Shown one piece after another: positions 31,421-46,819 of a stretch of 64,000 nucleotides of DNA. Under the pieces are notes generated by a model. It was not told the origin of the DNA, made no database searches, and saw nothing but the letters and a program-made list of their open reading frames with translations. Position numbers and translations under genes: made by a program. The stretch lies in NCBI RefSeq assembly GCF_009914755.1, contig NC_060933.1; one strand, 5' to 3'. Numbering within the stretch: position 1 is the first letter of the stretch; each line of letters begins with the position of its first letter. This DNA comes from the human T2T-CHM13v2.0 reference genome, Homo sapiens.

Positions 31421-32420
31421 GTATTGGAAAATGATCTTTATTTATTCTGCATAGCACAATTTGGGTTTGGCTCCAGGAATGATTCTTGCTGGTAGATCAG
31501 TTCCTGGTTATATGTCTTTTTGTCTACTTTGCATATATACTCTAAAAATCTGAGTCAATCTAATCAAGAGTGCTCACAAGTGTTGCCACACAAGCTTCTT
31601 TAGAGACTTTCCTCATTAATTCCTTAATAAGAAAATTTACAACTGGCAAATTTGAATTGTATTTTTTATAGCCTCACCATCCTTTGGTTACCCTACCTTT
31701 CCATGGTCTCATGCCAGAGAACCATGTTTATTTTTCTTCTGAATCACTTGTAGAATATTTTTTTACAAACCCAAGTGAATCACTCATGTGTTATATCCCA
31801 CATCAGTTACTCAATCTTGGAGAAAGTAAGTCCATTAAGACTAAACTTCACCATTCTCTTTATGGTGGCTCCCTCAAGAGAGCTAGTGCTCAGGAGGAGT
31901 GATGGGGCCTTGCTGGACTTATCTTTAACCCCTTCCCTGATAGAAATATCACATGCTGAAGAGGAAGTTAGAAAGGCCCTATTTCTACTCTCAGACTTTG
32001 TGACAGCTTGAGGACGCTCCATGGGTGTGGACATTTTTTCATGAATATACACGGGCATGGTCACTTCCTGAAAGCACCAATTCTGTTCTCCAAATGGTAA
32101 ATAATAATAAAAATAATAATTAGCACAGTGACTTCTATTTACTGTGTTAAATTTCTCTTTGCTATTCTAGGGTCTTCTCACTTGAATTCCATTCAGAGCC
32201 AAAGATGGCAAAGGAAATCAAAGTGGAAAACTAATTTAAAGATAAGTTTAAAGATTAATTTAAAGATTAATGCTTGATACATTAGCAACACTGTTATATT
32301 CCATTTTTATTGCAGTTTAACAAATCACCACAAACTTAGGTAGCTTTAACCCATTTATGAGCTCAGAATTCTGTGGGTGGTAAGTTCAGGCACATTGTGG
32401 CTGGTTCTCTGCTCAGGGCC

Positions 32421-32802
32421 TGTATTAGTCCCTTCTCACACTGCTATAAAGAACTACCTGAGACTGGGTAATTTAAAAGAAAAGAGGTTTAATTGACTCA
32501 CAGTTCCACAGGGTGTACAGGAGGCAAGGCTAGGGAGGCCCCAAGAAATGTACCATCAAGGCAGAAGGTGAAGGGGAAGCAGGCACAGTCTTCACATGGC
32601 CAGAGCAGGAGAGAGAGAGAGTAAAGGAGGAAGTGCTACACACGTTCAAACAACCAAATCTCATGAGAACTCTATCATGAGAACAGCAAGGGGGTAATTC
32701 ATTCCCATGATTCAGTCATCTCCCACCAGGCCCCTCCTTCAATACATGGGGATTACAATTCGACATGAGATTTGGGTGGGTACATAGAAGAAAACCGTAT
32801 TA
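32421..32802 (-). mobile_element. MSTA-like solo LTR nested in MLT1
   Basis: tgtattagtcc...gagatttgggtgggtaca; perfect TSD gggcc. Confidence 0.9.
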
Positions 32803-32917
32803 GGGCCTTACGAGGCTAGAATCAAGGTCTCAGGTGGACTGAACTTCTTTCTGGAGGCTCTGGAGAAGAAGCTGCTTCCAAGCTCATTCAGGTTATTGGC
32901 TACATTCAGTTCCTTGC

Positions 32918-33368
32918 TGCTATGGTTTGAGTTTATATCCTCTGAAACTCACTTGAAATTTAATCCTCAATGTGGTGGTGTCAGGAGTTGGGACCTAGTG
33001 GGAACTATTTGGGTCATGGGGTTGGAGCCCTCATGAACAGATTAATGCCCTCTCTCAGAGGTGAGTGAGTTCTTGCTCTGGAGGGGCTGTATTACCAGGG
33101 AGCTAGTTGTTATAAAAATGAGTCAACTTCCTAGACTCTTTCTTGCTTCCTGTGTCATCACATGATCTCTTTGTATATACCTGCTGGCTTTTCCACTTCT
33201 CTACCATTGTTCTGGTGAGCATGTAGCCCTCACCAGAAGCAGGCCAGATGCAGTACTATGCTCTTGAACTTCCCAGCCTACAGACTCATGAGCTAAATAA
33301 ACCTCTTTTCTTAATAAGTTACCCAGCCTCCAGTATTCTGTTATAGCAACACAAAACAGACTAAGACA
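32918..33368 (+). mobile_element. MST-family (MSTB/C-like) solo LTR nested in MLT1
   Basis: tgctatggtttg...agcaacacaaaacagactaagaca; perfect TSD cttgc. Confidence 0.88.
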
Positions 33369-33949
33369 CTTGCAGTTATAGGACTAGGGTCCCCATTTTC
33401 TTACTGGCTGCAGCCAGGCCTTGCTCAGCTCCTTCTGTTAAGCTGCACTCCTTGCCATGTGGACCCCTCCATCTTCAAGCTGCAGGAGAATTTCCCTATG
33501 TCAAATCCATCTCATTCTTTGAAGCTCCAACTTCCCCTATCTCTGACCTCTAGATCCAGATTTAAAGGGCTCCTGTGATTAGGTCAAGCCTATCTGGATA
33601 ATCTCCCTATTCGGGAGCTTAAGTACATCTCCAAAATCCCTTCACAGCAATACCTAGAACAGTCTTTGAATGAATAACTGAGAGAAGGTAGATGTATACC
33701 AAAGACAAGGAATTTGGGAACCATATTAGAATTCTTCCCATCACAACTATAAAGGTTTAAAATGATTGTGTGCATGTATATATGTACATATATACACATA
33801 TATGTACATATACAGTAAATACATATGTATACATACACACTAGGTTTATATCCTGATGTAAGTCTTCTCTGGCTTATTTGATAAGTATTGCACCTCCTAT
33901 GCTTCATTTCCCATAAAACTAACTGCTGCTTCCTCAGTAATCATTCAGC

Positions 33950-34680
33950 CCAATTCAGTGCATTCTGATTGAACACCTAATGCATGCCAGGCTCTGTTCC
34001 TCCTCTTCAAATGCCCTTCAAGGGTGTAAAATCTAGTAGTAGAAGACAGACAAAACAAGTGCACACCCATTGCTCTAAAATATAGCAGAATAGCCAAAGA
34101 AGGGCAGATCCTGCCCTGTTGAGAAAATTTAAAAAGCTTCAGGGAAGAAAGGGCATTTGATTTTAATCTTGAAAAACAGGTGGGATAAGCAGAGATTCAC
34201 AGGTGGGTGATCAGGAAATCCAGATGGAAGTCGTCAAGTAATTATATGAGCAAGGACATTAAGAGGAGAAAGTATGGGCCATAGCCAGAAAACAGCTGGA
34301 ACATTGGTTTGAATGGAGAAGAATAAAAGATGTAATTAGAAGGGTATGTTTGTGTCAAATAGAGGACTTGGAAGCCAAACTGAAAAATAATGGAGGACCA
34401 CAGAAGCAGAGGAAACAAAATCAGTTCTGAGTTTAGAAACAAGTCAGGTGGTGGTGTGTAGGCTGGAATGACGAGGGAAATTCTGAACTCTTGTGATGGG
34501 AGATGAGGAAGGAGGATTTGCCCGTCATCCCTGCTACAGGTAGGAAGGCCTATGCTCAGGGAGTGAACACAGAAATGAAAATCAGAGAGGCGTGCCCAAG
34601 GTGCTAAATGTGGGCTGAAAGAGAAAAAGGAGTAGTCCCGAATAACTCAGAGGTTTCATGCTTACGACTGGAGAATGTTC
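33950..34680 (-). mobile_element. L2 fragment
   Basis: gattgaacacctaatgcatgccagg...cagggaagaaagggcatttga L2-like motifs. Confidence 0.55.
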
Positions 34681-36787
34681 CCCGATTACAGCTTATTATC
34701 ATCTCACATATATCAAATGACCTTGCTTTGTGACTCAAGAAATCACAGACTCATAATACTCTGTGGCTGGAAAGCATCTCAGAGATCCCAGAGAGAGGGC
34801 GACTGAGAACTGGCCAAGTTAAATACTATTTCAAAGACACTTGGCTGATTAGTAGCAGAAGACTCAGGCAAGTAAGCCCAGGCCTCTGCATCTTCCATCA
34901 AACCGACTGCTGGTTTCCTGATCATCTTTACAAAGCTCTTCTAGGGGCAATATGCAAAAGGTAAATAGCATAATTTGTCACTGGGCAAAGGCCAGAATGG
35001 GGCTGAGCCTTGGCACGAGTGAACTGGCACGATTTCAGGACTAATTTAGATCTCGGTTCTCTGCAAATTACTTTCTGAAATGGCAGTCTCCAAACTTTTT
35101 TGAAAAAGTAGACTGCCCAAGATGGGTGCACAACACAGGTAAATGTTATACATAAAAAAGTATTGCTAGAATTGCCTTCAGAATTTCCACAGAACAGTGT
35201 TTTTCCTATTATCTTCCAGAGATTTCCAGTGGTTTAATTTCAAAGGCTCAAACTCTCCTTCAATATTGGTTCTCAAGCTGAGGGGAAACCAGAGCACTGC
35301 CAAAGCCACTTAGATATTTTCAAAGCAAAATCCTCCCTGTTAATTTAATCATAGCAGAATGACTGCAGCCAGCTCTTTGGCGATTTCTTCTACCCAGTTT
35401 GAATGTCTTCCAATCATAGCAAACAGCTGCTGAGTAGAGTGGATTCTGGAAGCTATTATTTTTGTGTCTGGAAGCTTTGTCATCTTAATTATTCTGATAA
35501 AAGCATCTCTTTTCCTCGTGAGAACGCCATGCCCAATCCTAGAGCTTCAGGGGATGGACTGGCAAAAAAAAATTTATGAATGTTGGAATGTGTGGCCTTT
35601 ATTAAAGTCCTACAAGTAAAGGGACTTGGCCCATCTGCACACAGAAACAGGACAGCACCCATCTTTGTCAAGAGGGGCCCTCACCGCCTGGTCATCAGCA
35701 ATCCAAGATGGCTGACAGTCAGGTAACCCGCCTTGCACCCTGCTGAAAAGCCAAGTCCTCTACCCTTGTTGCAGTTGGTTTGAGCAGAGGTAAAAAGATG
35801 AAAATAAGATCAGGAGAGAAGCAGACAAATGGAGGAAGCCTAATTCCCCAGGCCCCTCCCAGATATTTCCTGCACAGTATTCTCTACTGACAGGATAAAA
35901 AATTCCCCATTAAAAAGTGCTATCCAGTGGAATCCTTAGGGAAGCAAGTTTATGCTGGCACTTCCTCACCATGCCAGTTGATTGTTTTATGCTGCTCTGA
36001 GGCGGGGAGAGGAGGTAAAGGGTTAAACTGATACTGTGGGCTAAGGGCAGAACTTGACAGCCTGTTGCTAGGACCCACAAACCACACGGAAAAGGTCCAG
36101 ATTCCAAGGTCATAAACTCAACAAGATTTCTGGTATTAGCTACAAACTAATGGAATTCCTGGGAATCAAATCCACTGGCTGGCTGCCTGTTGGTTTTAAA
36201 GAAATGTACTGTACTGCCAGGGAAATCCCGAGCCTGGAAAACAAAGACCTGTGATTGCTCAAACCCTAAGGCAATTTCCCCGCCTGGATAACTCTTCCAA
36301 GGCAAAGGTTTAAGCTATACAGCGCTCAGCAGAAATGTTCCCACTGCATCTCTAAGGAAAGGCTTTGGAGGAAATGGACAAGGGGTCCCATCAGGCAGAC
36401 CCAAACTGACCACCCAAGTGACCCATTCTGCTGCCAGGGCAGGGGATGCTTGCTTGTCCTGCCCAGCAAGAGGTGATCACTGCTACAGGGCCCCCTGACC
36501 ACTGTACATTGCTTTATCTTTTCCTCCTTTCTAAATGAGCGTATTTATTGTGCTATTCAGTTTTCCCTCTCATATTATGTATTATGGTTTGAGATTGGTT
36601 AAATTTGCCATTTAGTCATAGATTACTTAAATAGAGCACAAGAAACACATCTGGACTTGACCAAGAGGAAGATGCTATCCCCAGGATTCCTGGTCTTGGA
36701 GCTGGATGCAGTAACGGACCCAGCTTTCAGTTGTCTTCCACTAGGGTTCCATGTGGGATCATGCATAGGATAGTTCCATTTTGTTAA

Positions 36788-37106
<319 letters not shown>

Positions 37107-37164
37107 GTTTTTCTTAATATTATATGTGTATGTGCACAAGCTACACAGCCGAATGGTAGTGGAC

Positions 37165-37725
37165 TGTTGTAGCTCTTGTATTGGCTTTTCGGCATCTTTT
37201 CCTGTGCCCCATTTCTTGATAGGGATTTTGTCTCCCTTTCATTGCAAACCTAGTGGACCTATTGTTCACACTGCTCTGCCTCCAACCAGCCATGAGGAGA
37301 CATAAAACCCAAGGGAGGCCAATCATCCTAGCCCATCTCCTAGTAACAGTGATTCATCCAATGGGCAGTCACTTAACCTAGCAGGAAAGAATCTTTCCCC
37401 GAATTGAAAAGCTATGTTTTCCCAGTGAAATCGGTAAGCTGCGGGAGCTTGCCATCACTCCCTCTCACATGTCCTACAGTAGAAGAAAACGAAGCCAAGT
37501 GACTCTTAGAAACAGAGAACTGAAACAAGAGAAAAATAGAAAGTCCCACTCACGGTGTTGAGTCCCCAGTCCCAGTTCCTGGAGCCTTCTTGGTGGGGTA
37601 GCTCTTTGTATAATTCCATAAGCTCCCATCCACTCACCCTCCTCCCATTTTTTTTCAGCTATGAAGCTCTTTGCTTAAAGTAGTATGAATTGGGTTCTGG
37701 TCACCAGTGACAATTATATAAACAG
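37165..37725 (+). mobile_element. Old MaLR LTR (MLT1K/L-like), probably with adjacent internal remnant upstream
   Basis: Starts tgttgtagct after ...gtggac; ends tttgcttaaagtagtatgaattgggttctggtcacc, like the MLT1K/L 3' end. Confidence 0.55.
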
Positions 37726-37797
37726 ATCTCATCAATATGAACTTGATGCTGCAGAAAAGAAATAAGGACAGCATTCATAGGCAGAAAATAATTTTAC

Positions 37798-37837
37798 CTT
37801 TCACCTGAGCCCAAACTGCACAGGAGTGTCTTCTCAC
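37798..37837 (-). CDS. SUSD1: SUSD1 40-nt coding exon: VRRHSCAVWAQVK(D)
   Basis: Acceptor ttttcctttatag|GTG, donor AAG|gtaaaa; phase 0 in, phase 1 out; required to keep the frame into the hydrophobic exon. Confidence 0.93.
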
Positions 37838-38633
37838 CTATAAAGGAAAACATAGCAATGCATTTAGCTAGGTGGCACACAGTGTCAGTTTAAATATAGT
37901 TTGGAGGCTGAAGCCCTCTGAGTTTCAGCTTTTTCAATCTCTTAATCTGAACTAGACCTTTAAAGTCCAATCTAGCTCTAATATCTTGTGATATCACTAA
38001 GTGTTCAAGGGACCGGCGTGGGTTGCATGGACAGAAGTGACCCTACAGATCACTTCTATAGGTTTCCAACAGGTCTTGGAAAGCATATATGATAGGCCAA
38101 CAACAGGAGTGACAAAAAGGACCATTCCCCTGACCAGCTCTGAGCAACTGGCATGGACCGCCTAGAGAATTATGCTGAAAAGGATTCTGAGGTCACACGT
38201 TCAGAAGGTTCAGCAAGAAGTAGTGATGCATGTTAGAGGCAAAGCTATGAGAAGTCCCAGTATATAATACTTCATCTATCTAGATGTCACTTAGCAACGT
38301 CAGTTACCCAAAATGTGTCCATGAACCGGGAAGAAAGCAACAGGAACATATATGAAAGCTCATCCATAGTAGAAGAAATCTATAGATTCAGTGGAATGAA
38401 TATCTCTTCCCCCCTGTCATTATGATATGCTTATTTACCTGTTACAAATGCTGGGGACTTGCTCTATATAAGACTTGAAAATATTCCCCAGAGGAAGCTG
38501 CACGGTGAGGGTTAGAGGAGGATCCTTCCAATGTCATTAGGAGAGTCTCTTTCAAATGACAGCCTTGGGCATTCTGGTTTGGATTTTATTAATTTTTTTT
38601 TTAATTTAAGCTTAAAAATTCTGAGAAAAGCTG

Positions 38634-38938
38634 CTGGGCACAGTGGCTCACACCTGTAATCCCAGCACTTTGGGAGGCTGAGATGAGCAGATCACCTGAG
38701 GTCAGGGGTTCGAGACCAGCCTGGCCAACATGGTGAAACCCCATCCCTACTGAAAATATAAAAATTAGCTAGGTGTGGTGGTGGGCGCCTGTACTCCCAG
38801 CTACTTGGAAGGCTGAGGCAGGAGAATCACTTGAACCCAGGAGGCGGAGGTGCAGTGAGCCAAGACCACACCATTGCACTCCAGCCTGGGCAACAGAATG
38901 AGACTTCGTCTCAAAAAAAAAAAAAAAAAAAAAAAAAA
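38634..38938 (+). mobile_element. AluS
   Basis: Forward Alu; TSD tctgagaaaagct. Confidence 0.9.
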
Positions 38939-39702
38939 TCTGAGAAAAGCTTAAAATAGCCATAAGCGTTTGAATGTGACTAACATTTGCTTTGATGCTA
39001 AGTGCAGATATTAGAAATGGAAGGTAATGTGCAAGAATAACCAGTAAAGAACATATTTCAAGACACTGGAGAATGGAAGGGACTTCAAATAGCAAGGCCA
39101 TTTGGGGGAATGGAGTATATCAAAGGAGAGAAACTGGCAGGGGCCAGGTGAAGAAGGGAGCTTATTAAACTGAAATGCCTGGATCATACTTGCATTTTAT
39201 AAAACTCATGCTGGCAGTGGTATGAAGCAAGGAGACGGGTAGAATAAGAGACAGAAAGATGTGGTAGAAAAGTGATGTTCAGGCAAGAGATGACAAAGTC
39301 TGAGCAGTGCAGACAAAGGAGAGGAAAGAATGATTTTAAACAGAATTAAGTTGGTAGAATTGACATGATTTGCTGATGATCTGGATAAGAAGGTAAGAAA
39401 GAAGGAAGAGACAAGAACTATTTACAGGTTTCTGTCTTAGCAATGGGAGGCATGGCAATGCTATTTACTGGGACAGATACACAAAGGGAAAAACAAAATG
39501 GGGCATTGGAAGACTCACACTCCCTGATTTCAAAATTTACTACAAAACTACAGTAAACAAAACAGTGTGGTAGTGACATAAAGACAGACATATAGGCCAA
39601 TGGAACAGCATAGAGAACCTAGAAATAAACCCTTGCATATATGTCAAATAATAGTTAACAAGAGTGCCAAGACCATTCAATAGGGAAAAGACAGTTTTTT
39701 CA

Positions 39703-40018
<316 letters not shown>

Positions 40019-40494
40019 CTAGGAAAACTGGATATCTACATATAAAAGAATGAATATGGACCCTTACCTAATATCATATAAAAAATTAACTCAAAATGGA
40101 TCAAAAACCTAAATATAAGACCTCAAATTATAAAACTCTTAGAAGACAACAAAAAGCTTCCTGAAACCGGATTTCTCAATGACTTCTTGGATATGACAAG
40201 ACACAGGCAACAAAAGAAAAAATAGACAGACTGATCATCATCAAAATTTCAAGCTTTTATGCATCTAAGGACACTATGTATAGTAAAAGTGCAACCCACA
40301 GAATGGGCGAAAATATTTGCAAATCACGTATTTCACAAGGGATTACAGTAATATCCAGAATGTATGGAGAACTCTTAAAATTTAACAAAAACAAAAACAA
40401 CCCAATTCAAAAATGAGCAAAGGACTTAAATAGACATTTCTCTAAAGAAGACACACAAATGGCCGATTAGCCCATGAAAACATGGTCAGCATCA

Positions 40495-40823
<329 letters not shown>

Positions 40824-41362
40824 CCCCCACTTCCAAAACAAAAGATGTCACCTCACACCCTACCTTATAATAGGATGCCTATTATAAGAAAAGAAAACAG
40901 AAAACAGTAAGTGTTAGCAGGGACATGGACAAATTGGAAGCCCTACGCACTGCTGGTGGGAATGGAAAATGGTATAGCACTATGGAAAACAGTATGGTAG
41001 TTCCTCAAAAAATTAAACATAGAATTATCATTTGATCAAGCAATTCCACTTCAGGTATATACACAAAAGAACTGAAAGCAGGGGCTGAAACAGATATTTG
41101 CATACCAATGTTCACAGCAGCATTATTCGTAATAGCCAAAAGGTGGAAAATATCCCATTATTCATCCATGAATAAATGAATAAGCAAACGTGGTATACTC
41201 ATATAATGGAATATTATTCAGTCTTAAAAAGGAAGGAAATTCTGACACATGCCACAACATGGGTGAACCTAGAAGACTTTAGGCTAAATGAAATAAGCCA
41301 GTCACAAAAAGAAAATACTGAATGATCCTACTTATATGAGGTACCTAGAGTAGTCAAATTCA

Positions 41363-41735
<373 letters not shown>

Positions 41736-42110
41736 TTAATGGGTATAAAGTTTGTTCTGCAAGATAAAAAGAGTTTTGGACGCTGGTTGCACAACAATGT
41801 GAATGAACTTAATGCCACTGAACTACACTTTAAAATGGTTAAGACAGTAAATTTTATATTGTATATGTTTTATCACAATTAAAAATTAAAATTAAATCAC
41901 TACTGATTTTATTGTAATTGTCACACAAATACAGTTGAAACCCATGGGAAAGTCATCGCAATTTAAATATGTAGATCCAAATATAAATGTTTTCAAAGCC
42001 CTTTCATCTCCTTTAACATCCTAAAGAATAACCACATATTCTTCTGTTCAGCTACATGAAAGAGAGTATCAATGACATCACAGGAAAGTTTCCTATGAAC
42101 CAGAATTCTT

Positions 42111-42284
42111 TGTGTGTGTGTGTGTGTGTGTGTGTGAGACAGGGTCTCACTCTGTTGCCCAGGCTGGAGTGCAGTGGCATGATCTCAGCTCAGTGCAACA
42201 TCTGCCTCCCAGGCTCAAGAAATCTCCTGCCTCAGCCTCCCAAGTAGCTAGGACTATGGGTACATACCACCATGCCTGGCTAAT
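42111..42284 (-). mobile_element. Alu right monomer with (TG)n tail
   Basis: (TG)n 42111-42136 followed by reverse right arm. Confidence 0.85.
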
Positions 42285-42324
42285 AAACCGGAATTCTTGT
42301 CCTAACCTCCAACTTCATTCCCTC

Positions 42325-42731
42325 TGTTATGAATTAAATGTCTATGCCCCTTGCTCACCACCCAACCCCTGCCCCAAATTCAAATGTCGAAGCCCTAACC
42401 TACAATGTGATGGTATTTGGAGGCAGGATCTTTGGGAGAGAAATAGATTCAGAAGAGATTATAAGCCTGGAGCCCTCACGATGGGATAAGTGTCCTAATA
42501 AATAGAGGAAGAGCAATCAGAGCTCTCCCCTCCCCACTCCATCCCCACCACGTGAGGACACTGTAAGAAGGCAGCTGTCCACAAGCCAGGAAGAGAGTCC
42601 TCACTGGGGAACTGAATCAGCTGGCACCTTGATCTTGGGCTTCCCAGCACAGACTGTGAGAAATAAATGTCTGTTGCCTAAGCTACCCAGTCTACCATAT
42701 TTCACTATAGCAGCCCAAGTTGACTAATATA
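42325..42731 (+). mobile_element. MLT1A/MSTD-like MaLR solo LTR
   Basis: tgttatgaattaaatgt...ctatagcagcccaagttgactaatata; perfect TSD ccctc. Confidence 0.85.
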
Positions 42732-43779
42732 CCCTCCCCAACCAAAGTCTTAATCTAGGACAGTAGATCTCTGAACCATCTCTAAATTGCACTCATGTTG
42801 TACTGCCAGTGTTTTGTCTATGGCTAAAAACTCCAAGTCAGAAACCCCAAGTAATTTTCTAATGAAAAGGCCTTGTCTAAGCTGTAAATACCTTTTTGGT
42901 AAGTTCAGGGCAATATATTTCTGGGCTTTAACTTTCCTTTCTTTATTCCTCCATTATTGTCACAAAGCGCTGCTAGACATCTTTGATACTTGAACATTCT
43001 TACAAGTAACTATTGGTTTCATAGCAAGCATGTTCATGACACATTACATTTGCATCCCACACAGAATTTAATAGAGTGTCTCAGTTTTAAATATGTGATA
43101 AACCTTACACTCAAGATGATAACATACTTTTATCTCAAATTCATCAGTCAAGAGCTGCTTGTATTAGTATTAATATAATCCTTCTAGTTTTCATTACTGG
43201 CCCATATGAATTTACAACAAGCTTAGGGTTCTCCTAGGTCAACCATCACAATGGTTCTTCCAGATCTTCCATCCCTGACTGATTAATGCAGCTCCATGAT
43301 GTTTCCTAATTATCTAATGAATATTGAGTTCCACGTCTCAGGAAAGAACCACTGCTGGAAGAGCTTTCTAAGGACTGTAGAAGGGAAAGTGGGACCTATG
43401 CCATAGCTGCGGAAGGGATGTAAGCAAAAAACAGCCGAGTGCTGTGCTTAATCTTCGGCTTCCCAGGAGAATGAGAGAAGCAGCAGCCTGGCAGGGGCAC
43501 AAGGAAGTTAACAGAGAATCTAGATGTTTCTTTCCAACTTAGACTTCAGCAGTGCAATAGAATGAGGGCATCTGTAAAGCTTAAGAGTAAAAACAAAACC
43601 AGGTCAGTCCAAATGTTGATTCAGCAAGGTCCCCAGGTGGTTCAGAATCCATATCATCTGTAAGGGTTTCACCTGTCCCTTCTTCATAAAGGCAAAGTAT
43701 TCACAAACATTTTGTGATTGTTACATGCAGTGACCCTCTCATATACTTGGAAAATAAATGTTCAAACATTTAAATGTCA

Positions 43780-44112
<333 letters not shown>

Positions 44113-44158
44113 TCAGACCCTTGCATGGGGAGTTCATTCATTCATTCATATTTATTGA

Positions 44159-44490
<332 letters not shown>

Positions 44491-45556
44491 TGAAATAAGC
44501 CTCTTTCTAGGCACTGGAGACACGACACTAGGCAAGAAAAAGTCCGGGCCCATGTGGGATTTACAGTCTGATGGCTCCAACCATCATGGAATTCCAGTTT
44601 GAACCTAAAGGGTTAATGCCAGACGACACAGGGCAAGGGACCTCTCCAAGTTCTGGCTGCAGAGAGATGCCAAGTACATCCTCTTTCGCTGGGAGAAGTT
44701 GTTGCAAGTATCACTGCCCTGTGTGTGTGTCATAAAATTGACCTGATCAGTGATTTTCACGTGGGCAAATAAAGCCCAACTGTGGAAAGGGTTAGCAGTC
44801 ACATGGAGACCGAGTGCCTACCACAGTGAATGTACTAAGTCCGGAAAAAAGGCTGCAGACAGTCATGCGGTGACCTGAAACAGAACTCATGTGATTTACA
44901 TCCCCTACAGTTCATGGGCTGATACCAAAGTTCATGTGAAATAAATGAGACGCCAAGAGTGCAGAGTCACCATGAGTTAATCTAGTCTGACAACACCCTG
45001 AAACAGCCAGAACAGTAATATGTCATGTATGCACTGTAAAAACTGTTCCCCAATTGTGGACAGAAAAACACACTAACAAATGGGTATTGTTTTTGTTATG
45101 TGTTTCATTATTTGTCCCATCAAATAGAAAGCCTGGCAGTGAAAGGACGTGTGAGAATAAAAATGCACTGAGAATGAATCACACTTCCCTTCTATTCCCA
45201 TCTATCTGGTACTTAGCTCCTGCCTCTAGTACCATGTTGAGCATCTGCTGTCTCTGTCAGGCTTGATAGCAGGGATCTGAACGACTGACTTGTATTCTTG
45301 CAAATCCTTGCACAGTTCTTTGGAAATGATAGCTCCCCAACCCCCGCCCTGCCCCGCCCCTCCGCCACCAGCAATGAATGATTCTTGAGTTGAAATTTCG
45401 GAAAAGAGGAAAAGCATACATCAGCGTGAAATATAATTAGGGTAATTTCCAAAACTCATTAGGCCATGTAATTCTATTTTACCAGTAAATTTGAACTTCC
45501 TGCTTCACATGTCAAACGCCCTATCTCCTGCTTCCTAAGAGCCCATGAATCACTAG

Positions 45557-45995
<439 letters not shown>

Positions 45996-46359
45996 CCAGG
46001 GTCCTGATTTTCATAAAGTCTTGGCTCACTTTCAGCCAAGGGCTTTCTACAAAAGAGATAAAGTAAAACCCACAGGGCAATAAGTTGTCACCACCAGTAA
46101 ACATTTATTAAGCATCCACTGCCTATGGGGAACACCTGTAACAACAAACTTGCCGGGAGACTTGAAGACATCCCTACATCATAGCCACAGGTAAGAAAGT
46201 AAATGTTGCAGCACCTCCATGCGGTCCATAAGTACATCTTTAAATCCCTCTCATCTTTCCATGCAGGTGGTGGTGGTCAAGAGCAAGGTCGAGGCTCACC
46301 TGTGCCCATTTGGTTCCGTACATTGCTCACTAGAGGCATCATCGACAGAGTATGAATCA

Positions 46360-46528
46360 GCTCCCCAATTAGCCTGACCGTAATCACCTGTGTTGCTTGA
46401 TTATTATACAAATTCCCCGACCTCATACCGACCTACTGAATCGAAATCTCTAGGAGTAGATTCTGGGAATCTGTATCGCTGGTAAAGCTCCCAGGTGATT
46501 CCTATAATCTGGCAATGTGGGAGACACG
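46360..46528. mobile_element. MER5-like hAT MITE
   Basis: aatcacctg...gacctactgaatcgaaatctct...gaatctgtat...aagctcccaggtgattc. Confidence 0.7.
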
Positions 46529-46819
46529 AGCATTAAGGGAACCCAGCAACAGGCTCCATCCTCTGCCTAACATCAGCAACCTCAGCAGAGACTTGGTCCC
46601 AGGGACCTTGCTCCATTATGTACCCCAAGACACTGTCCCTAAATGGTGCACAAAGCAGACTCAGGCCTGTCTCACACACTGGCAAAGCTGCTGCCCCCCA
46701 GCTCAAACCAGGTAGTCAGGCTTAGGAAAACCACCCTGCCTGCTGGTAATTAGCCATGTGATGTTAAAGAAGCAGCTGTGGCTGTTTGGAATATGACTGT
46801 TCTGGAAGGACTTTTCTCC

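Larger units (their letters stand above)
32292..33745 (-). mobile_element. MLT1 (MLT1E-like) MaLR solo LTR split by two nested MST LTRs
   Basis: aacaaatcaccacaaacttag...tggctggttctctgctcaggg...ccaagctcattcaggttattggc...gataatctccctat...ttagaattct; continuity is restored when both inserts are removed. Confidence 0.75.

Noticed and set aside
31775-32011. Plus-strand ORF containing GALLDLSLT, reminiscent of a CR1 endonuclease motif
   Set aside because: A single short motif, on the opposite strand to the neighbouring putative L3 relic; likely chance.
36220-36229. Isolated NF-kB-like sites (GGGAAATCCC here; GGGAAATTCC at 59991-60000)
   Set aside because: Single motifs without a convincing cluster; expected by chance in 64 kb.
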